Source: Psammoneis japonica (taxonomy: Eukaryota). Taken from it: a DNA stretch of 64,000 nucleotides. Below, one piece after another: positions 13,010-24,582 of the stretch (the stretch's first letter is position 1; each line of letters begins with the position of its first letter). The notes under the pieces are model-generated. The model had not been told where the DNA came from, did no database searches, and saw nothing but the letters and a program-made list of their open reading frames with translations. The stretch lies in NCBI GenBank assembly GCA_008632985.1, contig QPGO01000033.1, forward strand, positions 372,001-436,000, read 5' to 3'. The position numbers were made by a program, and so were the translations under genes.

Positions 13010-16000
13010 TCATGACTGTGCATCCTGAGACTCGTCCGGCACGGTCAAGAGTAGACTCTTTTTTCGAAAAGCATCCAACGTTAATCCCATGTGCATACTT
13101 GTGATTGAAGCGTTATACCGTTGCCTTCCCTTAACAGACGACCTGTGAGCGCTGGAACCTGCTGGCGAAAAGATTGAACGATAATTGCTTGACAACTGGT
13201 CCGCTTTGGCCTTTGCTCCCCATTCTTCGTATAAACGATGTGCATCTGACAAATAAATTGAAGCCCAATATTCATCGCCATGCTGTGACAGAAAATTCCT
13301 GCTCGTTCACTCGCCAATGCAGTATCTTGAAGAAAGCCAGCTCTTTTTGATGTCTTGATTGCAAGGTCATAAGCACCTTTTACCTTGTCATTCGCTTCCT
13401 TGACCCCGAGGGCCTTGTATTCCGCATCCAAGAGTTGGAGCTTGTGTAGACAGTTGCCAACCCCAGATTTAACCCATTTACGCATTGCCTTGATATCAAC
13501 CCGAGCGCTAGTTTTGAATTTTCGCTTTGCTGTTGTTTGCGCCAAGTCAAGATGCGCCAAACCTTCAAAGAATACGAACACGAAGTAAACAAAGTGACTT
13601 TTCAGATTTTTGCAATTCGTTCGGAATTGATTCGCCATTTCCAGTGCAACGTCCAACTCTCCAAAGTAGTACGCCAGCTGCAAGCGTTGAAGCCAAACAC
13701 TCTGCACAGCTGGACCTTTACCACCGCATTCCACAACGTACAGCTCCTGGTTCATCACTTCGCCAGTCAATACAACGGGATCCTCATTCTGCCCCATAAG
13801 ATTCAATATGGACTGCCAATACGGAAGGCGTCCCTGCAGCATTGTCATAAGACCGTGTTCTCGGGCCTGGCCTACATACGAACGAATGTCGCTCTCCACC
13901 GGCTAATGGAGAAGAGAAAGTAGAAGGCAAATGGTAAGGTACGAGAGTAATTGATTCAGATTTAGCACACCTGGTAGACAAATATGCAAAGTAGACCATT
14001 ACTCACGTCCAGTGGAAGGCCGCAAAAATAGTAGGCTTGCGAATACAAACCAGCTGCAATTGACCCGGATTCAATGTCTCCAGATTCCATTCCAGAGTAA
14101 TGCGCTGCCAGGAGCGCATCGAGTGAATCATGAAGGGGCGCTTGCCAAGGATTGATAAAGGAATGCACCAGCACAAGAACACGCGCTTTGCACTCCTTTG
14201 CCCGAAGCCTCTCGACCAGCTTAATGGCAAGGCTGCCAAGTCGATAAGCCTCCTTAAACTGCCCAAGGGAACATAAAAGTACCGCATAGTTTGCAAACGC
14301 AAAAGTTGAAACATTCGTCACACCATGTGCAAGCGTAAGCTGCACCATACGAAGGATGCACAATGCAAAAAGGGAAGACTGCTCCAGCCAAAACGCGCAG
14401 ATAACCATGGAGTTCAATACCTTTAAGGCCGCAATTTTGTCGGCATTCTCCATCGCGCCAAGATTTTCAATGTCACTGTCGCTTCTATTCCTTAACATTC
14501 GCTTGGTCTTTACAAAACCAACCAGGACACGCCATGTAGACGCGTTCTTGGGAAAGTTCTCGCCTAGATCGCCCAGGACGGCGAACCCCATATCCATGGC
14601 TTGTTGGAACTTTCGTTCCGAATGAAGGAGCGTTTCCATCAAGACACAAAATGCTGGAAGCTTGTCGTGTAGGGAGTGTGCATTGGTCATGACCGTTTCA
14701 GAGGTAGCCTTGCAGTCTTTCGTACTCCCATTGCAATAATGCATTTGCGCAGAAGCAACATGGAGCTTGAGCGACAAATCGTAGTGGTCAGCCCACGAAT
14801 CTTTATGATTCAGCGATGACCACGAAGCCAGTGCCTTGATCCCGGATAAAAGATAGTCGGAAGCGGGGACAAAGGCGGAAAGTGAGATGGCTTTGATACC
14901 CACCTCTAGATTTACAAGGGCAAGCTCGAGCAGTTTCGACGAGTTCGAAATGCACGATGCGCCTCGGTTCAGCTGTTGCGCTGCCGTGAAAATGATGTTT
15001 TCTTCTGTTTTCCCGTCCTTTACTAGCATAGATAGAGTTTCTCCGATTCGTAAATGTAGTTGATTTCGATCGCCTTGTGGAATAAGTGAGTACGCCGCCT
15101 GCTGAATGCGATCGTGGACGAATCGGCATCGATCTTGCGGTAATTTCTCAACCAGACCCTCATCTATTGCAACGGTAAGGATTTTTAGAACGTCCTTCTT
15201 GTTCTGAATCGACATATTGTTGCCATTCAATCGCTGCAATACAGGCATTAAAACCTCAATATCGAACGTGTTGGACCACAAGCTCGCTGCAATCGACATG
15301 CAAAACTGAACATTCTCGTTTAGCTTTCCAATTTTTCCTGCCACGACTTGTAATACATTTTCGCAAATGCTTGTCTCCTCTTGGATTTCTTGCAGATCCC
15401 ACGTCCACTGAAACTTAACTAGAGAAAATCGCAAGAGTTTCTCCTGGACAAGGAGATCCAAGAACTGGAGGATAAAAAATGCATTTCCCAGTGTTCTGTG
15501 GTGCACCAATTCAGCTAATGGCGCCACATCGTCCACATTGACAAGGTTGGATATCATCTCATTGACCGTGCTTACACTCATGTTTTCAATTTTGATAGAA
15601 ACGCTGTGCTTATCATCTATCGTTTCTTCGATGTGGGTTGTATCGTCGTCGTCCCGAAAAGCACAAATAAGCATTATACCACGTTCAACCATCGCTGCTG
15701 CTTTGATCAGTTCCAATGAAGATGCATCTGCCCATTGTAAATCATCCATGAATATTATGAAAGGACGAAAGTGTGCAGTGATTGCACGGAGAAAAGCTCG
15801 AAATGTATACGTCAGTTTGTGTAAGGCCTTGGAATCGTCTTGAGCATATTGACGACTTATTTCGGGTTGCTCTCCAAGAACCTCGCTCAGCCTAGGAATC
15901 AAGTTTGCCAGGATGTGTGCTTCTGCCCCTACCGCGTCCTGTATTGCACTTCGAATTTCTTCTCTATCATGAACTTGGTCAATCAACTCATTCATTGCGT

Positions 16001-16265
16001 CTGCTACGGCGGCATAGGGTTTGCCCTCGCGATATTGATTAAATTTCCCGGAAACATGTTTGATAGGAGTGGAACCGCTATAAAAGTGGTGCACAAGAGC
16101 TGATTTGCCCGTTCCAGAAGCACCCTGAATAAACACCGTGCAACTGTTATTGCATTCAACGTCGTCATAAATCTCTTGCAACTGATTCAGTTCCTGCGAG
16201 CGCCCGAAGAGTGGCAATTCCTTCGTTCTTAATTGTGGACAATTCAGATGCGTAGGATCCAACAT
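13010..16265 (-). CDS. STAND-class (AAA_16) P-loop ATPase with C-terminal TPR-like helical region
   Basis: LFGRSQE, Walker A GASGTGKS, Walker B IFMDDLQWAD, TLGNAFF, FVHDRIQQAAY and C-terminal YEEWGAKAKA. Intron 13903-14006. 1-bp frameshift in an A-run near 13292. Confidence 0.85.
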
Positions 16266-16389
16266 TTTCTTCCGAATTCGCTGAGTACGTATGTAAAGGA
16301 GGACGACGATAATTCATGATTCTCCATCATCATCTTGTCGTTATCTTGTCTCTTGTTTCTTGTGATGGATTCGCGCTTACGGAAGAAAC

Positions 16390-17460
16390 CCGGAAAGTCA
16401 CTCAGCCATCAGCCATCACACATCTTGTCGCGTCAATTGTGACAGCCACGACGGACCTCAACAATGCCCTTGCCGCCATTCTGTGGTGGTTCTAGCTGCA
16501 TTTGATGAGGACAATGTTGCTCACTGTGTCATTTTCGAGGACCCTCACTTAAACGCTGAAACCCCGCGAAACATTTCGGCCTGGCATCACTGGCGCCGAC
16601 AGCAGCAGCACAAGGCCAGTCTCCACCACTTTGTGCAACTGTGAATGTTTGGAACAGCCATGATGACAAAGGCCAAGGAATCTCTGCATCGTTGGCACAA
16701 CATGGTGTTGCTTGCGCGTGCTTTTGTTTTCTTCATTCTTGCGTGAGAGTGACAGCAGAGACAATGAGGATGGGAGAGGGCTGGAGAGCCCAATGCTTGA
16801 GTGCCACAATCACACTGTTTGCTCGAGGTGCAGCTGGGGCCATTTCTCTGTCATGTGACTGGAACAACTGATGGCGAGAAACTTCAAGAAGAGGACATGA
16901 TTGGTCCTCAGCCTCTGTCTCAGCAGTGGCTGGTCAAAAGAAAATGCACTGTGCTGCCCAGTCTTCAAGGAAATGTGAAGAGCACCATCATGTCGTGACA
17001 TGGTCTGCTGCACCCCCATTCTTTTTGCAAGACCTGCAATGGCCATGTCTGCAAGACACAAGAAAAGTTCTGTGTTTGCCCACCATCTTTTTGAGTTTTG
17101 CCTCTCATGCTGCCACACACTTGTTTGTTGCTCTTTTTGTCGCGCAAGTTCATGCAAGGCTGTTTCTGTCTTCATTTCATGCACATGGGTTTTATTGCAT
17201 GGCATCCTCTGCCTCATTTCTTTCATTTGTTCCATTGGAAACCTGCGCGCTGTTGGGGTTTTTAGCCAACTCTCTTGTGTGAATCACCCTGGAGTCCTGG
17301 AGAGAGTTGGCGCGTGCCGGATTGCAAAAGGTTGCCGCTGCAGGATGTTTTCATCATCAGTGACATTGAGTCTCGACGAGCCACTTTGGGACCATGAGAG
17401 CGAGTGCTTTTCAATCTTGCATCTTTTGGGCCCGCAAAAGGTGAGAAGGTGGCAACAGTC
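16390..17460. mobile_element. CpG/TpA-depleted degenerate block B (unidentified repeat remnant)
   Basis: TA is almost absent and CG reduced over ~1 kb between two intact genes. No recognisable protein. Confidence 0.45.
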
Positions 17461-17715
17461 ATGTTTGTACCGTGTGTTGGCCGCAAAAAATTTAGCGCGC
17501 GTCATTCGCGATCCGAATTTACCTATTTGTATCAGGCAGACATGCTTTTCGAATGGAGATTTTTGATTGGGCGACGGGGTTCTCGTTGACATTTCAAGCA
17601 CGAAGAAAGAGAATAGCAAAATCTTGATGATATGTTCCTCGCATTTGCTCTCGGCATTGGATCGATCTTTCTGTATTGTAGATTGTACAGTAGCTTGATT
17701 GAAAGAGAGAACATC

Positions 17716-18699
17716 ATGGTGGCGATGAGCATGAGATACGTTCAACTTGTTCGATGTGCTTCCTTACGTTGTGGAGTCAGTAAGAGCATCCGTTCGGGGA
17801 CCGCGATCCGATCCCTCTCGTCCTGTAGCTCGCCCGGAAGAACAAGCTCCATAAGGGTGTTTGCAACCATGGCAGAGTCGCCCATGTTCGCGTCGACTGC
17901 AGTCAGCACTCCGACTCATCTAGTCAAGAAAAAAGTTACTGAAGAGTGGGACGAGTCAATGGTTCCTGCGTATCTGGATGATACCTACTGGTGGGCGTAT
18001 ACTCGACCGTGGGCCGTAAGAATCTTTGAACGAAAGTGGCTGGTGAATTCGATTTTGTGGGGAAATTTTGAACTGCTTCGTGATGCAGCTCTCGACGAGA
18101 TTCACCATCAGCAAATTCAAGCAGCTTCAACCAACGATTGTCCTCAGGCACAATCAGTACTACAAATTGCCTGTGTCTACGGGGAATTCTCAGAAAAGTT
18201 ACTTTCACTGCTTCGACCACACGATGCCCTGACGATTGTCGACGTGGCTCCGTCCCAGCTTGAAAATGTTTCCAGAAAGCTAAGTCTCGAGGACAATCAA
18301 TTTCTAGATGAAACTCATCGTCCACGAGTCAATGTATTGCAGCAAGACAGTTCCGACATGGATCAATTGCAGGATGGATCGCAAGACACGGTTTTTCTCT
18401 TTTTCCTCTTGCACGAGCAACCCGAGCATGTACGCCGAAAAACCTTGAAGGAAGCCATTCGTGTACTGAAACCATACACGGGAAAGCTAGTCATTGTCGA
18501 CTACCACAAACCATCCAGTGCATGGAACCCCTTTCGATACATTATGGAGCCAGTGTTTTGTCTGTTGGAACCCTTTGCCATGGATTTGTGGAGGCATTCC
18601 ATAACACACTATATCCAAGACGACAATATCAAAGTGACCTCGTCCAAGCTGTACTTTGGAGGTCTCTATCAGAAACTTGTCATTGAGAAAGAAGGATAG
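17716..18699 (+). CDS. rquA: Rhodoquinone biosynthesis protein RquA with probable mitochondrial presequence
   Basis: Hallmark motifs VPAYLDDTYWWAY, LVNSILWGNF, QIACVYG, IVDVAPSQL, LFFLLHEQP, VDYHKP, LEPFA and FGGLYQK. The N-terminal extension is Arg/Ser-rich with no acidic residues. Intronless; start at ATG 17716, 17725 or 17731. Confidence 0.92.
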   Translation: MVAMSMRYVQLVRCASLRCGVSKSIRSGTAIRSLSSCSSPGRTSSIRVFATMAESPMFASTAVSTPTHLVKKKVTEEWDESMVPAYLDDTYWWAYTRPWAVRIFERKWLVNSILWGNFELLRDAALDEIHHQQIQAASTNDCPQAQSVLQIACVYGEFSEKLLSLLRPHDALTIVDVAPSQLENVSRKLSLEDNQFLDETHRPRVNVLQQDSSDMDQLQDGSQDTVFLFFLLHEQPEHVRRKTLKEAIRVLKPYTGKLVIVDYHKPSSAWNPFRYIMEPVFCLLEPFAMDLWRHSITHYIQDDNIKVTSSKLYFGGLYQKLVIEKEG

Positions 18700-19120
18700 A
18701 CAATACAAAACTATACAAGCCGGGTTCAAGGTTTCGGTGGTACAGTGCGTTCCATGGTAAAGATACCTCTAGAGCTTCTCAAACCAGATGAAGGATGGTA
18801 CGAATGAAGCGTTTGTGAAAGTCGTTTCTCATTTTGTTACATAGCTTTAGAGCATTTAGTCATTCTACGAAGCTTTACGCGTAGGATGTTAAGCTCAGCA
18901 AAGATCAAAAGTAGTACGTCTCCAGAGATCGTACTGTAGGGTCCTACTTCAAGACAAGATACATTCTAGAGCGCTTCAATTCGAATCTTCATTCATCAGT
19001 TGTTTCTTCGGACTGAGATGTTCTCGCCAGAGTCGATGACTGTGGGCCCGATGGCAAGAGTACTAACGCTCTCTCCCTCTCGAGTAGACTCTATGCGTGT
19101 GTAGTTTTCACGTACAAAAA

Positions 19121-20128
19121 TCACACCACGCTGACAAGCTCTATGAATCTCGCTTCCAGCCAATTCCCCACAAACCATCCAATGCCTGCTGCCCACCAAG
19201 GCACCTCTCGTAGGGTCGTCCACAAGTCTTGCTTTCCCGATGCAATCGCACCAAACGGTACAAAGGAGGTGGATTGATAAAAGTTTTGCAATTCATCAAA
19301 ATCATCAAAGGTTGTTCCCACCGATCCTTCTTGTCTCGAGACTCTCAAATCTTGCGCAGCACATCCACAAATGGCATACACGGCGAGTCCACCAAAAAAG
19401 AGCCAATCCGCAGGACGGCCACCCAATATCATGGCATTGGCAATTCCCCACGGAACAACCGGAAGAATCAATGGATGACGAGTAATTCGAGTCAAACCTC
19501 GAGCAGTAAATTTGGAAGCATCGTTTCGAGTGACGGATCCAGATTCGGATGTTTCAAATCCTGGCATTAATCCGAGTGGCGATGCGTTTGCCAAGGATGC
19601 ACCGGCGGCTGCAAACGAAGCAGCCGCCACTGCAAAACAATAATCTGATGACTCTGATGGAATGGCTATTGGATCGGATTCAAGATAGAAATAAAGAGCA
19701 TTTCCCAAGGTTACAAAGGAGATTGCAGTGTACAAGGCTCGGTACAATTGTCGTCCGGTTGTCTCGCTGTCAGAAAAGATTTGATTCTGACCAACACTGT
19801 CGCCCGGCCAGAAATCTGGCAATTTCCATTCCTGGTTTCCCACAAGACCACTTGTATCAGCACTCTCTCCCAACCAGCCGATAATTCTGCCTCGTGTGGC
19901 TGACATGCCAATGTGAGATGAACTAAAGGCTGCAATCCAGAACGCAATCTCTTCTTCATGAGCGGCTGCAGCACTACGAGGAATTCTTGCACGCGTCAAT
20001 GATTCTTTTCTCGTCACTGGAAGCACCGAGAAAAATGCATGAGAACAAGACATGAAGGATAAACACAGCAACAAAAGAATGCGCTTGCACGTGAAAAGAC
20101 AGCGGGGAAAAGCCGTTCCTCGCGTCAT
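19121..20128 (-). CDS. NnrU / Z-ISO-like membrane protein, probably plastid-targeted
   Basis: AFSSSHIGMS, YRALYTAIS, GLTRITRHPLILP and TSFVPFGAIASGKQ match NnrU-family motifs. The signal peptide ends in SHA|FF. Confidence 0.8.
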   Translation of the reverse strand: MTRGTAFPRCLFTCKRILLLLCLSFMSCSHAFFSVLPVTRKESLTRARIPRSAAAAHEEEIAFWIAAFSSSHIGMSATRGRIIGWLGESADTSGLVGNQEWKLPDFWPGDSVGQNQIFSDSETTGRQLYRALYTAISFVTLGNALYFYLESDPIAIPSESSDYCFAVAAASFAAAGASLANASPLGLMPGFETSESGSVTRNDASKFTARGLTRITRHPLILPVVPWGIANAMILGGRPADWLFFGGLAVYAICGCAAQDLRVSRQEGSVGTTFDDFDELQNFYQSTSFVPFGAIASGKQDLWTTLREVPWWAAGIGWFVGNWLEARFIELVSVV

Positions 20129-20606
20129 GGTCACTTTTATTTTTTATGATACGCATGCGAAGAATCCAAAAGTGTTGAATTCGAACCGACACTTTTCCGA
20201 GCAGAAATTTCAAAATCAACCATGGCCATCAATGCTCCGATGCAAATTACAGTACTTGCCACAAAATACATCTTCGTTGTTGGCATCACAAGAGCAGCTC
20301 GAGTGCGTTTCTTCTTTTTTTCAAAATCAGCTAGAACATGAGCCCAGAGTTTGGAGCCCACGCATCACACACGCATTGGAATCCAGCGACAGGTCCAGTC
20401 GCCGAACACTAGCAGAATAACAAGGACTACGCTAGTCGAGTGGATTAGCTAGAGGGAAAACAAGTTCCTTGTGTAGAATGTGCTAGTATAATACAATCAT
20501 ATGCTATGATATTATTCAACAACAAGCCATCAGTTCTCTAGAGAGCCGCTTTTCTCTACCTGTACCTATTGTATCTGTCTGCCTTCGTATAACACCAAGT
20601 ATTCGT

Positions 20607-22086
20607 CTAAGCCTTCTGTCCAATTTCCTCGAGCATGGTTTGGAACCATTCTTGTTTGATATCAAAAGGCTTTCCACCCTTGATGCGTTCAAATTCAATA
20701 GCCCGAATGGGCGTTCCTTCCTTGTCTTCATCTTGTCCCATGCATCCACTGACACCCTCCAAAGCCGACGCGACACCCACCTTGGCACACTTGCCAATCA
20801 AGTCCCGATCAAAGTCATTGGCGGCGGCGGCTCGAGAAAAGTATCCCGATTTTTGCACCAGAGTCTTTTCGGCACCCACCAATTTGGAGAGGCGTTTGGA
20901 AAAGTACAGGCCGGGATTGATTTTGGCGAGAGCGACTGTGTCATTGAAAAAACAATAGAGATATGAATTCATTATGAGAAACACATAACAACAACAAATT
21001 CTACACAAGAAATACAATCAGTACATATAACGCACCATGGCCAAACGCATCACGAGGAACTTCTTCTCCTGCTTGTTCCATTTCCGCGACAATCTCATGA
21101 ACACCCGATCCTTCTCCAAAAAAGACATTGACATTTCCATGCTTGTCCATGATTTTCTTGAGACGATCCGCTTCGGCTTCAATATCAAGCGGCAATTCGG
21201 GAATCCAAATGGCATGCACATCCCGACTGGCCGCCGAGGTACAAAATCCGGGCACAAAGGTTTGCTTGGCAAGCCGTTCTCGATAGGCCTTGGCGGTGGC
21301 TGCCGTCAAGTATCCCGAATCCCGTCCCATGCATTCGTGCAAAATGAGCATGCGCGGATTGGCCGTGGATTCGGAAACGACATTTTCAAAAAAGAGCGCT
21401 CCCTGATGGGCGGCCGTGTCGGCACCAAAGGTCTGAACAATGGGATAAACGTCATTGTCAATCGTCTTGGGCATGCCAATGACAACCACCTTGCCGCCGT
21501 GTTCGTCGAGAATGTACTTGGACAATTCGGCAGCCTGTGTGTTGGTGTCGTCGCCACCGATCGTGTGCAACACATTCACCTTGTCGGCAATCAGACGCTG
21601 AGCGGCAACTTCAAGAGGAGATTCGTCGGGTTGAACAAAACCGCGAGCGACGCAGTCCTTGACGTTGGTGAGCTGTTTTGTGTAGTTGTAATGTTACATA
21701 GATAAGTGAATATGGTTAGAAAAGATCACAATAACAAAAAACAGTTCTTACACACAGCAGAAATACTTCAGAAATAACTCCTGAAAAACAAAACTCTTAT
21801 TCGAAACACTCACCTTGACTCGAGAATTGCCAATCGGACTGCCACCCAAATAATTGAGTGCCTCCGCCGCAGCCCACGTTTCTTCTGGAACTAAAAAGGA
21901 GTCTCCCGTCAAGACGCCCTTGTATCCATCCACGTACATGCGCAACGTCAATCCCGAAATGTCTCCCTGTTTGAGAGCCTCGGCCCAGTATCCGATCAAT
22001 TGAGCGATACTGGAGGACAGACACGGGGCTAATCCACCCGACGTCATGAATGCGACATTGACTGTAGGCTTATCTGAAGAAGACAT
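20607..22086 (-). CDS. pfp: Pyrophosphate-dependent phosphofructokinase (bacterial-type PPi-PFK)
   Basis: TSGGLAPC, GGSPIGNSRVK|LTN, IGGDDT and MPKTIDND (PPi-specific Asp/Lys), MGRDSG, QKSGYFSR. Introns 21673-21813 and 20936-21035. Confidence 0.92.
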
Positions 22087-22450
22087 GTTAGATACTGTTG
22101 TGAAAGAGTTGTTGTTTCAATGCCAGTTTAGCTGTTGTTGCAATAGAGAAAATGAGAATCGATTGGAGAGGAAGAAGCGAGAAAGATGCGGCGGTGTGTC
22201 TTTGTGCCAACTGCTCGAAGATCTTTGCTACGTCAGATACAGTATTGATTCTACATACTTCGATCTTAACCTGATAATCAGTACTAAAAAGATAGAGAGA
22301 AGCGCAAAATCTGCTGAATTTTCATTGGTCGCCAGAGTTCGGCAAATCCATCAGCGGGGGACGTGCAGACCCCTCTTTTGATTGGATCGCCACGTCATCA
22401 TGATATCACTGCATTTTCGTTCTCATTTTTTCTCAAAACATCGTCGAACC

Positions 22451-23180
22451 ATGATGTTTTTGGTGTCCACGTCTCGTTTCGTGTTGCGGGCTACTGCAAC
22501 CGCTCGTCCAATGATTGTTGCTGCTCGTGGATTTGCTACCGTAGGCGACAAACTTCCATCGGTGGAGCTTCACAAGGGATTTCCACCCGAAAAAGTAAAC
22601 ATTGCAGACTATGCTCAAGATCGTAATCTCATTTTGCTTGGTTTGCCCGGAGCTTTTACGGTAAGATCTTGTTGCTGTGTTTTCTATTTTATTACTGTCG
22701 TGTGTAGTATTGTTTTTGAAGATTCTACTCATGCAATCCTGCTAACAAAACATGACGCCACATCATAACAACACACTATAACAACAACACACAGCCCACG
22801 TGATCCACAAAGCAAATTCCCAATTACTTGGAGCATCAAGACGCGCTCCGCAAGGTTGGTGTCGAGCAGGTGATTGTCTATTGTGTCAATGACGGTGCCG
22901 TCATGCAGGCATGGGGTAAGGATCAAAAGGTGGGCGTTAGCATGCTGCGACTCATGGGGGATCCGGCCGGTGAGTTGACGGGGCGCTCGACATGGAATTA
23001 AATCATCCCGGCCCTGCGTCCAAGGGCATTTTGGGACGATGCAAGCGATTTGCCATGCATGTAGTCAAGGGTGAAATCAAGGCCATTCGAGTCAGTGAAG
23101 CAGAAGACGATCCGGCGGGTGATGCAGATCCGAGTGCGACATTGGCGGATGCCATGATTGAAGCCATCAAACAAGAATAG
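22451..23180 (+). CDS. Peroxiredoxin-5 (type II Prx) selenoprotein candidate with mitochondrial-type presequence
   Basis: Exon 1 (22451-22660) ends GLPGAFT. After intron 22661-22794, exon 2 reads PT-TGA(22801-22803)-STKQIPNY...YCVNDGAVMQAW...GRCKRFAM. One G is missing from the G-run at ~22980. Confidence 0.85.
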
Positions 23181-23247
23181 TGCTGTTTAAAGATATGTTG
23201 TTGTTGTGGTGAAGAGGACTGATTGAGTGATGCATTGTTTCCCGATG

Positions 23248-23320
23248 AGGCTGGAATGACGTTCTCTCTGCTTCATTACAGAGAGTACTTGGGGGTGGAG
23301 AACTGAATACAACACGGCCA
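23248..23320 (+). promoter_or_regulatory. Candidate SECIS element in the 3' UTR of the Prx5 gene
   Basis: ATGAC (23256-23260) and TGAA (23304-23307) flank the stem GTTCTCT/GGAGAAC. Lower helix GGCTG/CGGCC. It lies ~70 nt after the stop. The apical AA is not obvious and a competing CTCTCTG/CAGAGAG hairpin exists. Confidence 0.55.
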
Positions 23321-23491
23321 ATTGTCATTCACTGCGTCTTGGTGAATGGGCCGAGCCCTAGGGATTCTGGTTGCGCCTGCAAAAGTTGATCTTGGAGCAG
23401 CAATGCACACTTAGCTTAAATTTTAGAGATTCCATGCTGTGCCTGGTCCAGTAGTAGTTAGTCTATACGATCTGCCGGCATAGATCTGACT

Positions 23492-24437
23492 TCTGAGAGA
23501 ATCCATTCGATGCACGAATCGCTTCAGTACTTTGATGTGGATGTATGGGTCGATGGACCTTGTGATTTCATCCTAGATTGGCATTTTGAATATGTACAGG
23601 TTGATGGTACTGCAGTCCACAGTCGATGATTCAATCTGGCTATAGGCCAGAATGTGCTTTGAAAATGACGAGTAACGACAATGCGGGAGCGCTGATCCTC
23701 GATGTTCATCTCAACAAGAAACTACTCAACAAGCATTCAGAAGCCACCAGGCGGCACTATTTCGTTACGCAATACTCGATCATTTCTTTTCAGTTTTTGC
23801 AAGGCTAGCACACACAGCGTCAACCCAATCGCAAGTTCCAGAACGAAAGAGATCTCGAAATGGAGAGCACTCGTTGTTGTTAATCATCACTCCACGTTTT
23901 TTCTTCTTCTTCCGGAGGGCTGCCGCCTCCGTCAATCGCAGCCGCCACAGCCACAGCCAGTGCAAGTCCCATAACCATAATGATGGTGCCTGTTATTTCT
24001 CCGATTGACGTGCCGTTCGACATGTTCTTTGATCTGCATCATGACATAAAACACAATGTTGCAAAAAGTGAGACATCGTCACTGCACGCAAAAATGTTCT
24101 CATTGCAGTCGAAACCAGCACTTTTCTTACCGGTCAGTTCCGCAAAAGCAAGAAATCGTTTCACTTGAAACTGTGTCCTCTTTCTACGGATTTTGTGTTT
24201 TGTGTCTGAAACTTGTGTCTGAGAGAATCCATTCGATGCACGAATCGATGCACGAATCGCTTATTCAATGCACGAATCGCTCTTAGGTACTTTTATGGAT
24301 GTATGGGTCGACGGACATTGTGATTTCATCCAAGATTGGCATTTTGAATATGTACAGGTTGATGGTACTGCAGTCCACAGTCGATGATTCAATCTGGCTA
24401 GGCCAGAATGTGCTTTGAAAATGACGAGTGACGACAA
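23492..24437 (+). repeat. Pair of ~190-220 bp direct repeats (23492-23681 and 24218-24437) separated by ~535 bp
   Basis: Near-identical tctgagagaatccattcgatgcacgaatcg...gattggcattttgaatatgtacaggttgatggtactgcagtccacagtcgatgattcaatctggc...gaaaatgacgagt. The second copy has an expanded atgcacgaatcg unit. Confidence 0.9.
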
Positions 24438-24582
24438 CAATGGCTCTTGAAGCTCGTACGGCAGAGCTCTCCGATGGCTATCGGAATCTGTTGCGCTAGT
24501 GACGAATCTCCGAAATCACGACTTTGAAATTCTATTACATCGGCCAATTTGTAGGAACGGAAGTCAGTGACGTAGATCCGTC

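Noticed and set aside
22801..22803. Prx5 as a nonsense pseudogene
   Set aside because: The stop coincides exactly with the catalytic Cys, downstream coding is conserved and a SECIS-like hairpin follows.
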